DNA of 64,000 bases from Christensenellales bacterium (GTDB taxonomy: Bacteria > Bacillota > Clostridia > Christensenellales > UBA1431). The stretch lies in the NCBI GenBank assembly GCA_040772545.1, contig JAXGXY010000006.1, positions 8,212 through 72,211 of the forward strand, written 5' to 3'. This document shows positions 36,081-46,043 of this stretch, in pieces; position 1 is the stretch's first letter, and each line of letters opens with the position of its first letter. Position numbers and translations under genes: made by a program. The notes under the pieces were generated by a model that was given only the letters and a program-made list of their open reading frames with translations, did not search any database and was not told the DNA's origin.

Positions 36081-36994
36081 ATATACAATAACCAAACCTT
36101 TAATCGAGTTTTCGCACAACATGCACAGGGCTATGCTTCCTTTGCATGGATCGGCACAGAACAGCGTCTGCATACCAGTCCGCACGCGGACTCTATGTCA
36201 TGTAAGCCGCAGAAGCCGTTTCTCCAAATGCAAACGTAACGGAATAGCTGTTTTAAACAGGTCGTGGGCCATACCAGAATCACCGATACATTCGGCAAGC
36301 TAGTTGTATTTTAGTGTATACTTTCGTGTGTACTCGGCAGAATAATAGTTATTGGGATAAACCCCTCAAACCCGCTGTTTAAGGGGATTTTCTAGTGTCT
36401 AAGTTGAACGAGATTGATACAATTTAATTGTTACGCGTTTAAAGGAACAGGGGGTGCAAGATTGAGTTTCGGATGTGCGTACTGCTGCGTTGAGCGGTAG
36501 CTTTGTTCGTTTCTATCGGTGTGTATCAGTACCTTTCCTCAATAATCAAGCCCCCTAACAGGGGTGTAGCAAATTCGGTACATATCCTTGAAATACTCGT
36601 CTATGAACTCTTTCTCATAATCAAGGCAATGGTCTATCCAAACTTCGTCGTCAATTTCTTGATCGGTTACCAACTCAATATATTCCTTAATATTCATAGG
36701 ATGGAGTATTTGTATGTCAATCATTCGTTTTCACCGCGATTCATTTGATAATATGAGTTAACGGTTTCGGCAGAACCTAAGGTCTTAACTGTACAAATCC
36801 CCCTCTCCCCAACTGCCGTAATGCCATTTTGCTGCTACCCGGGCAGAGGCAGTCCGAACCCGTCTTAGCTAGATATTAGCATATTTCTCCATTTTAGACA
36901 TCTCGAAAGCAAGCACTATATCACCTTAGATCCGCCTTTATTCTCTATATTATGACTATATGCCTGCCACAACCAGATTTCTTGCCCATAATAT

Positions 36995-37034
36995 GATAAA
37001 ATAGCCACTACGCCCGATTGCGTAATGGCTATTT
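36995..37034 (-). terminator. Hairpin downstream of tRNA pair
   Basis: The minus-strand RNA reads AAAUAGCCA-18 nt-UGGCUAUUU followed by U. It lies 10 nt after the tRNA-Pro 3' end. Confidence 0.4.
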
Positions 37035-37044
37035 CGTTAATTCG

Positions 37045-37121
<77 letters not shown>

Positions 37122-37124
37122 TCT

Positions 37125-37200
37125 TGGAGCCAATGAGGGGACTCGAACCCCTGACCTGCTGATTACGAATCAGCTGCTCTGCCATCTGAGCTACATTGGC
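37125..37200 (-). tRNA. tRNA-Thr (anticodon CGT), CCA encoded
   Basis: The reverse complement is GCCAATGTAGCTCAGATGGCAGAGCAGCTGATTCGTAATCAGCAGGTCAGGGGTTCGAGTCCCCTCATTGGCTCCA. The anticodon loop is TTCGTAA and the T-loop is TTCGAGT. Confidence 0.95.
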
Positions 37201-37370
37201 TTAAATCTCTGCACAGTTGGTAATTATAGCACACCGCCCGTGCATTGTCACTACCCATTTCGCCGTATCCCGGACGCGGCGCCGGCGCTTTTCGCGTGTT
37301 CGTTCCACCGGTATACACGGGCCACAGTTCCCGGCGCATGGCCTGTCCGGGGCCGAAGCGGGCGCGGCGT

Positions 37371-38111
37371 TCAGCGTGTGCCGACCGTCCATTCGTGCAC
37401 GATCGCGGACCCTGCCGGGGCATCCGTGACGCACTTGGGGGCGCCATCGCAGAAATTGTTGATCTGCATGCCGTTTACCACCATCGAAAACGAGCAGTTC
37501 AGGAATGCGGAAGCCTTTTCGCAGATGATCATGCGCGTCATGTAAATCTGCATGAATTCGAGCACCGAGGAAGTCTCGTCCATCGTGAACTCGAAACGGA
37601 TGTTGGACGTTTCCGGATCGACGTACAGCTTGGTTTTTTGGATCGCGTAGTTGACGCGGTCGTGGATGTCTTTTTCGTCGTGCTGGCCTTTGCGCACGCG
37701 GGTGCGGTGCGCGTCGATCTTGTCGGCGATGATGAGCGCGGCGGAGATTTCGCTCACCGGCCTGCCGGTCTCTTCCTCGTGGCTCCCCACCGCCGTGCAG
37801 ACGCGACATACTTCCGTAAGGTCCATGCCCATATCGGACAGGATGGGGAACAGCAGCGTGGCCCCGATCGCGCCGTGGTTCTTCCGGTTGACCAGGTTCC
37901 CCACATCGTGCACCCACCCCGCGACCGCGCCGAGTTCGCAGGTCCGTTCCGGGTATCCGAGGCGCCTGAGGATGTCCGAGGTCACCTTGCTCACGTATCC
38001 GACGTGCCGCGGTCCGTGGTCCGTGTATCCGATCGCCGCCAGCGCGGCGTTGGCGCTGTCGATGAGCGTGCCGATCCTTCTGTCCGCCTTGATGTCCGCC
38101 AATGTTACCAT
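37371..38111 (-). CDS. HD-domain phosphohydrolase-like protein
   Basis: HD motifs are GPRHVGYV...AGWVHDVGN...H. ATG 38111 shares one base with the stop of the upstream gene (TAATG). Confidence 0.7.
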   Translation of the reverse strand: MVTLADIKADRRIGTLIDSANAALAAIGYTDHGPRHVGYVSKVTSDILRRLGYPERTCELGAVAGWVHDVGNLVNRKNHGAIGATLLFPILSDMGMDLTEVCRVCTAVGSHEEETGRPVSEISAALIIADKIDAHRTRVRKGQHDEKDIHDRVNYAIQKTKLYVDPETSNIRFEFTMDETSSVLEFMQIYMTRMIICEKASAFLNCSFSMVVNGMQINNFCDGAPKCVTDAPAGSAIVHEWTVGTR

Positions 38112-38974
38112 TACGTCTCCCGTCCCTGCTTGGTTTTTCTGCATAAGGCTTGATAATCCGGGTCGTTCGAGAAATCACGCTCGACTTCCACAAGCCCTCC
38201 CAGTTGCTCGTAGGCGTCGCGGATCGCGATATAGTCCAGATAGCGCAAATCGCGCGACAGCAAGGCTTTTTCCAGCGCGCCGGCCGCCCTCGCGTCCCCC
38301 ATGCGCGCGAGGCAAAACGCGTAGAACCCCCTGTTTTCCCATTCCGTTTCGAAATGCAACAAGAGGGCGTTTAGGGCGCCCTTTAGCCGCAGTTCAGACG
38401 CGATGTCCGCGTAACTCTCCCTCGCGAGCGGATTCTCGGTGTTTTCAAGGGCCGCGATGAGCCTCCCGCCCACCGCCTCACCCAGCAGCAGGAGCGCCTG
38501 GGCGCATTGGAGCGCCACCTCGTCCTCGCGCGATTCCATCGCCTCGATCCGCTCGAAATACCAGGGCGCCGCCTTTTGGCTAAGCATGTGCATCAACGCC
38601 TCGATCGCCGCGGCCTGGGCCAGTTTCGCGCGCGGCGTTTCCCAATCCCGGCTTTCGTAGAGGAGCGCGACGAGCGCGTCCTGCATGGCTTCGCCCCGGT
38701 CGAGCACCGCGTTCATCAGAAGGTCGGGGAGGTCCTTGCCTTCGCCGGCGTAACGGAGCATCTCCCGTACGAGCTCTCCGTCCGAATGCCCGTCGAACGC
38801 CTGTCCGGGCGCAAGGCCATTGAGCGCGGCGTTGGGCTCTTTGAGCCAGGCCGCATAGATTTCCGGCATCTCGTCCTCGATACGCTGCATGGCTTTTTCG
38901 TCCGCGGCGTGTTCGCTTATGTATTCTTTCAGGTATCGCCTGAACAGTTGGTCAAAATCAATCCTGTCCGTCAT
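38111..38974 (-). CDS. Hypothetical helical-repeat (HEAT-like) protein
   Basis: The 287-aa product is Ala/Leu/Glu-rich with repeated helical segments. It appears translationally coupled to both neighbours. No specific family was recognised. Confidence 0.5.
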   Translation of the reverse strand: MTDRIDFDQLFRRYLKEYISEHAADEKAMQRIEDEMPEIYAAWLKEPNAALNGLAPGQAFDGHSDGELVREMLRYAGEGKDLPDLLMNAVLDRGEAMQDALVALLYESRDWETPRAKLAQAAAIEALMHMLSQKAAPWYFERIEAMESREDEVALQCAQALLLLGEAVGGRLIAALENTENPLARESYADIASELRLKGALNALLLHFETEWENRGFYAFCLARMGDARAAGALEKALLSRDLRYLDYIAIRDAYEQLGGLVEVERDFSNDPDYQALCRKTKQGRET

Positions 38975-40664
38975 CTTTCTCTTTCAGCTTTTCTCTCATG
39001 CGGGCGAGGTTTTTGTTGAACAGCGCGAGCCCCACGCCGTAGATGCGGCACAACGCGCTTTTCCCGACGCCGTCGTTCTCCTTTCGGGTCACGAGGTATT
39101 CCGCCACCGCCGCCCACGCTTCCCTTTCGCGGATCGTGTGGAAATCGGGGGCGCAACGGTAAGCGTACTCCTCCCACAGCGCGAGCGCCTTGTCGATCAG
39201 CGCGCGCGGGCGGCGCCCGTGCATCCCCTGTCGGATAGCGTCGCGCACCGCGCGGAATCCTACGGGTACCGCTGTGTGTTTCGCGTTGACGTACACTTCC
39301 ACGATGCTCTGGTTCAGATAGGCCATGTACGGTTCTTCGGCGCCGATCTGGCTAAGCAGCGCGAACACTTCCTGCTTCAGTTCGTCAGGCTCGTTGCGCC
39401 TGAGGATGTAGGCCTTCAACAGCTCGATCGCCCTCTCGTCGCGGAAAGAGGCCACGAGGTTGATGACGGCCTTTTTAATGATAGCGTCGTTTATCTCCAG
39501 GCCCCAGTTGATGATGCCGAAGAATTCCGGGTCGTGCTCCCAGTGCTCCCTCAGGTCCTGCACGCTCAGGCGCACGCAGTCGTTGAGGTACTTGATGCGC
39601 CGGATGATTTCGTCGAACGGGACCTGGTAATGGTAGGAAAGCTGGCGTTCGGGCATCTCGCGCAGGAGGTACTGGTTGCTAAGGTTGCGGTAGTACCCCG
39701 CGACCGTGTTCATGGGATCGAGCTTGAGCACGCGGTTCCAGTAGTCGAGCGCCGCATGGTACTGTTGGAGGTTGAAATGCGAAACGGCCAGATAGTGCAG
39801 GACCTTCTTGTCGAAAGCGTAGTACGAGAGGAGCTGCTTGAGCATGCGCTGCGCGTCCTGGTGCATGCCCAGCTCGCAGAAGGTGATGCAGATCTTATGG
39901 ATCTCCTCCGGGTCCTTCGTATTGATGCGAAGGATCCTCCGCACCGCTTCCCGAACGCGCGCCTCGTCCTCTTTTTCGCGGCAGAAGATGGCCATGTTGC
40001 AGTTCGCGTGGATGTTGTTCGGGCACTCGGCGAGGACCTTCCGGCTCACTTCGATGGCCCGGTCCAGGTCCTTGTTGCAGTAATAGGCCAGCGCCAGGTT
40101 GTTCTGGACGAACACCAGGCTGTCGTCCTTTTTTAGAAGATCGCTGAACATCTCGATCGCCTTTTCGTATTCGCCGTTATCGAGAAGGTCTTTCCCCTTC
40201 ATCGCGAGCGAGTAGTCCTGCGGCATGTCCGTGTGATCGGAGTACAGATTGTCCTGCATCCTGAGGACGTCCAGAAAGTCTTCGACGTCGGGGATGAATT
40301 CCCCGTCGGGCGCCAGGTCCAGATACCGGTCGAACGATTCCCTGGCCTTGGAAAACTCCTGCATGCCCATGAAATTGCATCCCATCGCGAAGATGCATTC
40401 GGGGTTTTCGGGAGAGTCCTTCTTTAACAGCCCCAGGAGCAACTGGTTGGACTCGTCGAAATACCCCATCTCCGTATAAAGCTCGGCGAGTTCGAGCCGG
40501 TACTGTACGTTCCCCGGGTCTTTCTCGATGGCTTTGCGGTAGTATCCGAGGGCCTCGAAATAATTGTTGCGGTCCATGTGACGAAGGGCGCGCCGCTGGT
40601 AGAACGTCCCCGTCTGTTCAAAAGACAGGATATTTTTTTCTTTCTTGATGTTTTGCTTCGACAT
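38958..40664 (-). CDS. TPR-repeat protein
   Basis: There are multiple 34-aa repeats of the form A...Y.KA....P.N......LA..Y...G.Y.E (for example YFEALGYYRKAIEKDPGN, YEKAIEMFSDLLKKD, AIEVSRKVLAECPNN). Confidence 0.75.
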   Translation of the reverse strand: MSKQNIKKEKNILSFEQTGTFYQRRALRHMDRNNYFEALGYYRKAIEKDPGNVQYRLELAELYTEMGYFDESNQLLLGLLKKDSPENPECIFAMGCNFMGMQEFSKARESFDRYLDLAPDGEFIPDVEDFLDVLRMQDNLYSDHTDMPQDYSLAMKGKDLLDNGEYEKAIEMFSDLLKKDDSLVFVQNNLALAYYCNKDLDRAIEVSRKVLAECPNNIHANCNMAIFCREKEDEARVREAVRRILRINTKDPEEIHKICITFCELGMHQDAQRMLKQLLSYYAFDKKVLHYLAVSHFNLQQYHAALDYWNRVLKLDPMNTVAGYYRNLSNQYLLREMPERQLSYHYQVPFDEIIRRIKYLNDCVRLSVQDLREHWEHDPEFFGIINWGLEINDAIIKKAVINLVASFRDERAIELLKAYILRRNEPDELKQEVFALLSQIGAEEPYMAYLNQSIVEVYVNAKHTAVPVGFRAVRDAIRQGMHGRRPRALIDKALALWEEYAYRCAPDFHTIREREAWAAVAEYLVTRKENDGVGKSALCRIYGVGLALFNKNLARMREKLKEKDDGQD

Positions 40665-40719
40665 GTCTTTCTCCGACCCAGCGCCATTAGCCCGGGTCCC
40701 GTCCGTCCCCCCATATAAC

Positions 40720-41607
40720 CTACGCCTGAAACGCCGCCTCCAAAAACCCCTTCAGGGCCGGCCCGTCGAAACGGTGGCTGCGGTTGCAGAAGCGGCAGTT
40801 CAGCTCCGCGCCGCCGTCCTCTTCGATGATCTCCTCCAGCGCCCGGGGGCCCAGGGCGACAAGCGCCCCTTCCATGCGTTCGGGGCTGCAGCCGCACCTC
40901 CAGCGCGGCTCGGTCCTCTCGAGCACCCGAAGGCCGGCGTCCTGCAGGATGCTGCCCAGCGCTTCCTCTGCCCCCGCTCCGCCGAAAATGGCGTCCCCGA
41001 ACGAGGTCAGCGCTTCCGCCTGTGCTTCCAGGCGCCCGACGATCTCGCCGGGGCAGCCGGGCAGCGGCTGCATGAGCACGCCGCCGGAGCGCAGCACGCG
41101 CATGTCGGGCGCGACCAGCACGCCGAGATAGGAGAGCGTCGGCTGCTGCTGCGAAAAGAGGAAATGCGCGGCGATGTCCTCGGCCACCTCCCCCGAAACG
41201 AGGGCGGTCTTGCCGCAGTAGGGTTCGCCCCTGCCCGTGTCCATGACGACCGTTAGCGTGCCCTCCCTGCCAACCGCGCCGCCCACGTCCAGCTTCCCCC
41301 GGTCGTTGAGCGGTAGGTCGACGCGCGGGTTCTCCACGTATCCTTTCGCTTCCGCGCCGGGGCGCGCGACGGCCACAACGTTCCCCGCCGGTCCGTTCCC
41401 GCTGAAAACGAGCGATACCGAACCCTCGGGGTGCTTGATCGACGAGGCCATCAGAATGGCTCCCGTCAGCGCGCGGCCCAGCGCCGCCGCGCATACGGGC
41501 CACGTGCCGTGGACCCTCTGCGCTTCGCCCGCCAGCCGTGTCGTGTTCGCGGCCAGCACCGCGACGTTCCCGCCGTAGGCCAGCGCGCGGACCAGTTCGT
41601 CTTTCAT
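40720..41607 (-). CDS. hslO: Redox-regulated chaperone Hsp33
   Basis: ATG is at 41607 (MKDELVRAL...). The C-terminal zinc-centre motifs CGCS and CRFC are present. The ORF-track start at 41658 is longer than needed. Confidence 0.9.
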   Translation of the reverse strand: MKDELVRALAYGGNVAVLAANTTRLAGEAQRVHGTWPVCAAALGRALTGAILMASSIKHPEGSVSLVFSGNGPAGNVVAVARPGAEAKGYVENPRVDLPLNDRGKLDVGGAVGREGTLTVVMDTGRGEPYCGKTALVSGEVAEDIAAHFLFSQQQPTLSYLGVLVAPDMRVLRSGGVLMQPLPGCPGEIVGRLEAQAEALTSFGDAIFGGAGAEEALGSILQDAGLRVLERTEPRWRCGCSPERMEGALVALGPRALEEIIEEDGGAELNCRFCNRSHRFDGPALKGFLEAAFQA

Positions 41608-41630
41608 ATCTATGCGTCCCCAAAAGCAGA

Positions 41631-42377
41631 TTAAACCTTCCTGGCCACAACCTGCCATCTTTCGTCGTTTTCCCGTGCGGGCTCCCTGCCCATGAACGAG
41701 TAGGCCCCAAGTGTCTCAAGGCCCGCCGGCCGCATCGCGTGTTCGAGCTCATCAAGCGTATGCGCGCGCTGCACGTGCTCCTCCTCGAACCGGCGGTAGC
41801 GCCCGTCGGTCTCCCTGACGAACAACGTCAGCTGCATCCGGCAAAGGGCCGATCCGGCGTCGTAGGCGTTATACCATATGAACGCCGCTTCCCCGGCCTC
41901 GTCCGCGAACGTCCTGTCGCCGATGACGTTTTCGAACTTATACGGCGTGCTCACGTCGAACAGCAAAAGCCCGCCCGGCCTGAGCACGGCGGACGCGCGC
42001 GCGAAAAACGCCCGGAGGTCGGCCACGGCCGTCAAATAGTTCACGCCGTCCAGCGCGCAGTTCACGACGCCCACCGGCGCGTGGAGCGCGAGCGCCCGCA
42101 GGTCCTGGCACACGAACCCTGCCTGCAGCCCCTCTGCGCGCGCCTTCTCGGCGGCGCGCCCCAGCATCGCGGGCGAAGCGTCCGCGCCCGTGACCGCAAA
42201 ACCCGCCTTTTTCAGCAGCAGGGTCATCGTGCCCGTGCCGCAGGCGGCGTCGAGCAGCGTTTTCTCCGGCGCCCCGTGTTCCTCGATAAGCGCAACAAGA
42301 TAGCCGGCCCAGGCCCCGTAGTCCACGTCGGTCATCAGGGCGTCGTAGCAGGCGGCAAACGCCTCATATGGAAGCAT
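41631..42377 (-). CDS. Class I SAM-dependent methyltransferase
   Basis: Motif I is LLDAACGTGTMT. ATG 42377 overlaps the stop of the upstream amidohydrolase (TAATG). Confidence 0.75.
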   Translation of the reverse strand: MLPYEAFAACYDALMTDVDYGAWAGYLVALIEEHGAPEKTLLDAACGTGTMTLLLKKAGFAVTGADASPAMLGRAAEKARAEGLQAGFVCQDLRALALHAPVGVVNCALDGVNYLTAVADLRAFFARASAVLRPGGLLLFDVSTPYKFENVIGDRTFADEAGEAAFIWYNAYDAGSALCRMQLTLFVRETDGRYRRFEEEHVQRAHTLDELEHAMRPAGLETLGAYSFMGREPARENDERWQVVARKV

Positions 42378-43531
42378 TATACCATCCCCGCGCAAAACGC
42401 GATACGCCAAAATGCTTCCAGCCCGGCGGCCAGCGCCGCCTCGTCGAAGTCGAAGCGCGGGGTGTGCAGCGCGTGCACGTGCCCCTTATCCTCGTTCCTG
42501 CACCCCAGGAACAGGAAAAGCCCCGGCACCTCCCGCTGGTAGTAGGCAAAATCCTCGGCCGTCATCAGCGGCGCGGGCTCGAAGGCCATGTCACCGAGCA
42601 ACAAGGCCGCTTTCTTCGCGAGGCGCTCGTCGTTGACGACCGGCGGATAATACATCGTCTCGCGAAAGTCCGCGTAAACGCCCATGCCTTTTTCAAGGCC
42701 CGCCATCAGCGCCGCAATCCTTTCCTTCGTCCTCAGGAAGACGGCTTTGGAATAGCTCCGCAGCGTGCCCTGCAAAACGACTTTCCGGGCCACGATGTTG
42801 CGGGCCTCGCCGCCGCTGACCTTCCCGATGGACACCACGCAGGCCTCGAACGGGTCGGTGTCGCGCGACACGATCCCCTGCATCTGCACCACCAGGTGCG
42901 CCGCGGCGAGCAGCGCGTCCACGCCCTCGTGGGGCATCGCCGCGTGCGCGCTCCTGCCCGTGACGGTGATGTCGAACTCGGACGCCGCGGCCATCAGCGC
43001 GCCGGGCCTGAGCCCGATGCGCCCCTGCGGGATGTGCGGCATCAGGTGCAGCCCGAACACCGAGTCCACATCGGGGTCCCTGAGCACCCCCGCCTCAACC
43101 ATGCCTTTGGCGCCGCCCACGCTCTCCTCGGCGGGCTGGAATAGAAGCACGATGTCGTTGACCATCCTGTCGCGGTGAGAACGAAGGAGGGCGGCGAAGG
43201 CGAGCAGGACCGCCATATGGCCGTCGTGCCCGCAGGCGTGCATGAGCCCAGGCGACTGCGAAGCGTAGGGCACTTCGTTCTCCTCCGTTACGCGCAACGC
43301 GTCCATGTCCGCCCTGAAACAGAGCGTCCCCGACGGCCGTGGGGCGCGGTAAACGGCTTTCACCCCCGTGCCGACGCATTCGACGGAATCCGCGCCGGTC
43401 CCCTGCAGGTTCTCCAGTATGAAGCGCTGCGTCCTGTGCTCCGCGTGCGCGGGTTCGGGGATGCGGTGCAGGGCCCTGCGCAGGTCCCGAAGCAGGTCTT
43501 TGGCGTCCGAAAATACGGGAGTGGGATTCAT
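42377..43531 (-). CDS. M20D-family amidohydrolase (N-acyl-amino-acid / possibly N-acetyl-diaminopimelate deacylase)
   Basis: The metal-binding block MHACGHDGH and PAEE are present. The protein is 384 aa. It is divergent from the lysine-riboswitch asd-dapA-dapB operon. Confidence 0.75.
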   Translation of the reverse strand: MNPTPVFSDAKDLLRDLRRALHRIPEPAHAEHRTQRFILENLQGTGADSVECVGTGVKAVYRAPRPSGTLCFRADMDALRVTEENEVPYASQSPGLMHACGHDGHMAVLLAFAALLRSHRDRMVNDIVLLFQPAEESVGGAKGMVEAGVLRDPDVDSVFGLHLMPHIPQGRIGLRPGALMAAASEFDITVTGRSAHAAMPHEGVDALLAAAHLVVQMQGIVSRDTDPFEACVVSIGKVSGGEARNIVARKVVLQGTLRSYSKAVFLRTKERIAALMAGLEKGMGVYADFRETMYYPPVVNDERLAKKAALLLGDMAFEPAPLMTAEDFAYYQREVPGLFLFLGCRNEDKGHVHALHTPRFDFDEAALAAGLEAFWRIAFCAGMV

Positions 43532-43786
43532 GTCCGGCCTCTCTTTCTGTGCCTTCCATGATACCCTATTAATAGCTATTTTTCAACGATACGGCCGCGT
43601 CCTGCCCAAAATCGGGAATTCCTGCCGCCGGGGCATGCGGCGGGTCCATATACAACCGGCATCCCCGCTTTATTTGCATCGGCCGCTTTCATTTTCAATG
43701 CAGTCACTTTTTTAATACACAGCTTCCATGGCCGCTGAATCAGGCCCATGCGCTTCAACCGCTTCCGGGAGCTTTCGACAAACGTG

Positions 43787-43815
43787 TTGACTTTGGACCG
43801 CAAAGATGATATAGT
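43787..43815 (+). promoter_or_regulatory. Sigma-A-type promoter of asd-dapAB operon
   Basis: TTGACT (43787-43792), a 17-nt spacer, then TATAGT (43810-43815). Confidence 0.65.
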
Positions 43816-43829
43816 CCTACTACGCATAA

Positions 43830-43996
43830 GCAGATTTGAGGCGCGGCAACCATCACTAACCCCCTCGAGCGCGTCACGGCGCGATGAGACGGGGCGAAAG
43901 GGGAAGCCGCCGAAGGGACCGCCCGTGAACGGCGTTCGCCCTGGGTGCACGGTGAACAACCCTGTAACTGCCATCTTAAAGTGATGGAGCGCTTTT
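43830..43996 (+). promoter_or_regulatory. Lysine riboswitch (L-box)
   Basis: Conserved L-box blocks appear in order: GAGGCGCG ... GAGACGGGGCGAAAGGGGAAGCCGCCGAAGG ... CCTGGGTGCA ... CCTGTAACTG ... GGAGCGCT. The element lies between the promoter and asd. Confidence 0.8.
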
Positions 43997-44055
43997 CTGT
44001 TTGGCTCGAGGGCGTTTTCGTTCCACGGAGAATCCCTCAGGGTTACCCTTAAAAG

Positions 44056-44078
44056 CGCGCCGGATTCGGCGTTTTTTA
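44056..44078 (+). terminator. Short terminator of L-box expression platform
   Basis: CGCCG-gatt-CGGCG is followed by TTTTTTATTTT, about 27 nt before the asd ATG. Confidence 0.5.
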
Positions 44079-44104
44079 TTTTATTCAGGAATCGAGGTTA
44101 CAGC

Positions 44105-45109
44105 ATGAGGAAATACGGCATCGCCGTCGTCGGCGCGACCGGCATGGTGGGAAGGAAAATGCTTCAGGTGCTCGAAGAGCGGAGGCTCCCCGCATCCGGC
44201 TACCACGCGTTCGCGTCCAGCCGTTCGGCCGGCAGGCGCATCGGGTTCATGGGCAAAGAACTGGTGGTCGAGGAACTGACGGAAAACTGTTTTGCGGGCA
44301 AGGACATCGACATCGCCCTGTTCTCGGCGGGCGGCGGGACCAGCCTCCATTACGCGCCCTTTTTCGCGAAGGCCGGCATCGTGGTCATCGACAACTCCAG
44401 CGCGTGGCGCATGCATAAGGACGTGCCGCTGGTCGTGCCCGAGGTGAACCCCGAAGCGCTGATGTCGCACAACAACATCATCGCCAACCCCAACTGCTCG
44501 ACCATCCAGGCCGTCGTGGCGCTCAAGCCCCTCTACGACCTTTACGGCATCGAGCGCATCGTCTTTTCGACCTATCAGGCCGTTTCGGGCGCCGGACTTG
44601 CCGGGTACAGGGACCTCGAAGGCGGGATAAGGGGCGAAGCGCCGAAGAAATTCACTTACCCCATCTTCGGCAACTGCCTGCCCCACATCGACGTGTTCCA
44701 GGATAACGGATACACGAAGGAAGAAACCAAGATGATCGACGAAACGCGCAAGATACTGGGCGACGACTCGATCCGCATCACCGCCACGACGGTGCGCGTG
44801 CCCGTCTTCTACGGCCACAGCGAGAGCATCAACGTCGAATTCAAGAAAGACTTGGACATGGAGGAACTCAGGGCCGCCCTCGAAGCCGCGCCGGGGATCG
44901 TGGTGGAAGACGACCCGGAGCAAAACAAATATCCGATGCCCGTCTTCGCGCAGGACACCGACGAAGTCTATGTCGGGCGCATACGGCGCGACGAATCCGT
45001 GCGCAGCGGGATCAACATGTGGGTCGTTGCCGACAACATCCGCAAGGGCGCGGCCACCAACGCCGTACAGATCGCTGAGGAGCTTATCCGCATGCAGGAT
45101 GCCCAATAA
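44105..45109 (+). CDS. asd: Aspartate-semialdehyde dehydrogenase
   Basis: The product has IAVVGATGMVG (NADP fold) and the active-site block IANPNCST. It is 334 aa. Confidence 0.95.
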   Translation: MRKYGIAVVGATGMVGRKMLQVLEERRLPASGYHAFASSRSAGRRIGFMGKELVVEELTENCFAGKDIDIALFSAGGGTSLHYAPFFAKAGIVVIDNSSAWRMHKDVPLVVPEVNPEALMSHNNIIANPNCSTIQAVVALKPLYDLYGIERIVFSTYQAVSGAGLAGYRDLEGGIRGEAPKKFTYPIFGNCLPHIDVFQDNGYTKEETKMIDETRKILGDDSIRITATTVRVPVFYGHSESINVEFKKDLDMEELRAALEAAPGIVVEDDPEQNKYPMPVFAQDTDEVYVGRIRRDESVRSGINMWVVADNIRKGAATNAVQIAEELIRMQDAQ

Positions 45110-45155
45110 GCGGCGGGATGAAGGAACAGTTCCAACAATGAAAGGGAGTGTAGTT

Positions 45156-46043
45156 ATGAGTATCTTTACGGGCTCGGGCGTCGCCATCGTCACGCCGTTT
45201 AGCGACAGCGGCGTCAACTTCGACACCTTCGGCAAGCTGATCGATTTCCAGATCGAACAGGGCACGGACGCCATCGTCGTGTGCGGCACGACCGGCGAAC
45301 CGTCCACGATGACGGCCAGGGAGAAGGAAGCGGCCATCGCCTTCGCCGTCGAGCGGGCGAATAAGCGCGTCCCGGTCGTGGCCGGCACCGGCGGGAACAA
45401 CACGGCCGCGGTCATCGAGGCTTCCAGGCGCGCGCAGGCCCTGGGCGCAAACGCGCTGTTAATCGTCACGCCCTATTACAACAAGTGCACGCAGGCGGGC
45501 GCCGTCGCGCATTACAACGCCGTGGCCGACGCCGTGGACCTGCCTATCATCGTCTACAACGTGCCCTCGCGCACAAGCTTCAACATCCTGCCCGACACCC
45601 TCCTGAAAATGTCTGAGCATCCCAACATCGCGGCCGTGAAGGAAGCCAGCGGCAACATCTCGCAGATCACGGAGATGTTCAGGCTTTGCACAGGGAACCT
45701 CGACTTCTATTCGGGCAACGACGACCACATCTTCGCGCTGCTGGCACTGGGCGGAAAGGGCGTTATCTCGGTGGTCGCCAACGTCGCCCCGCGGGACACG
45801 CACGAACTGGTCGCGGCGTTTTTGCGCGGCGACATCGCCGCTTCGAGGGACCTCCAGTTCAGGCTCAATCCGCTGGTGCGGGCCCTCTTTAGCGAGGTGA
45901 ACCCCATCCCCGCGAAGGCGGCGCTCAACCTGATGGGCTTTGACATGGGCGACCCGCGTATGCCGCTAACGAGGATCAGCGAGGGGAACCTTGAAAAGCT
46001 GCGCGCGGCCATGGTAGACTATGGTATCCGGATCAAAGGATGA
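45156..46043 (+). CDS. dapA: 4-hydroxy-tetrahydrodipicolinate synthase
   Basis: ATG 45156 follows AAAGGGAG. The product has GSGVAIVTPF, GTTGE and the catalytic Lys region AAVKEASGN. The ORF-track start at 44970 overlaps asd and is unlikely. Confidence 0.95.
   Translation: MSIFTGSGVAIVTPFSDSGVNFDTFGKLIDFQIEQGTDAIVVCGTTGEPSTMTAREKEAAIAFAVERANKRVPVVAGTGGNNTAAVIEASRRAQALGANALLIVTPYYNKCTQAGAVAHYNAVADAVDLPIIVYNVPSRTSFNILPDTLLKMSEHPNIAAVKEASGNISQITEMFRLCTGNLDFYSGNDDHIFALLALGGKGVISVVANVAPRDTHELVAAFLRGDIAASRDLQFRLNPLVRALFSEVNPIPAKAALNLMGFDMGDPRMPLTRISEGNLEKLRAAMVDYGIRIKG

Noticed and set aside
36539-36724. A 61-aa acidic ORF (MIDIQILHPMNIKEYIELVTDQEIDDEVW...) in the AT-rich segment next to the tRNAs, possibly immunity- or antitoxin-like.
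   Set aside because: There is no clear RBS, no partner gene and no recognisable family. It lies in decaying low-GC DNA and is too weak to annotate.
40424-41755. A 443-aa minus-strand ORF overlapping hslO; similarly 37201..38193 (330 aa) overlapping the HD-domain gene.
   Set aside because: These are alternative frames of well-supported genes. They are extremely Arg/Gly/Pro-rich with no motifs, so they are GC-driven artefacts.
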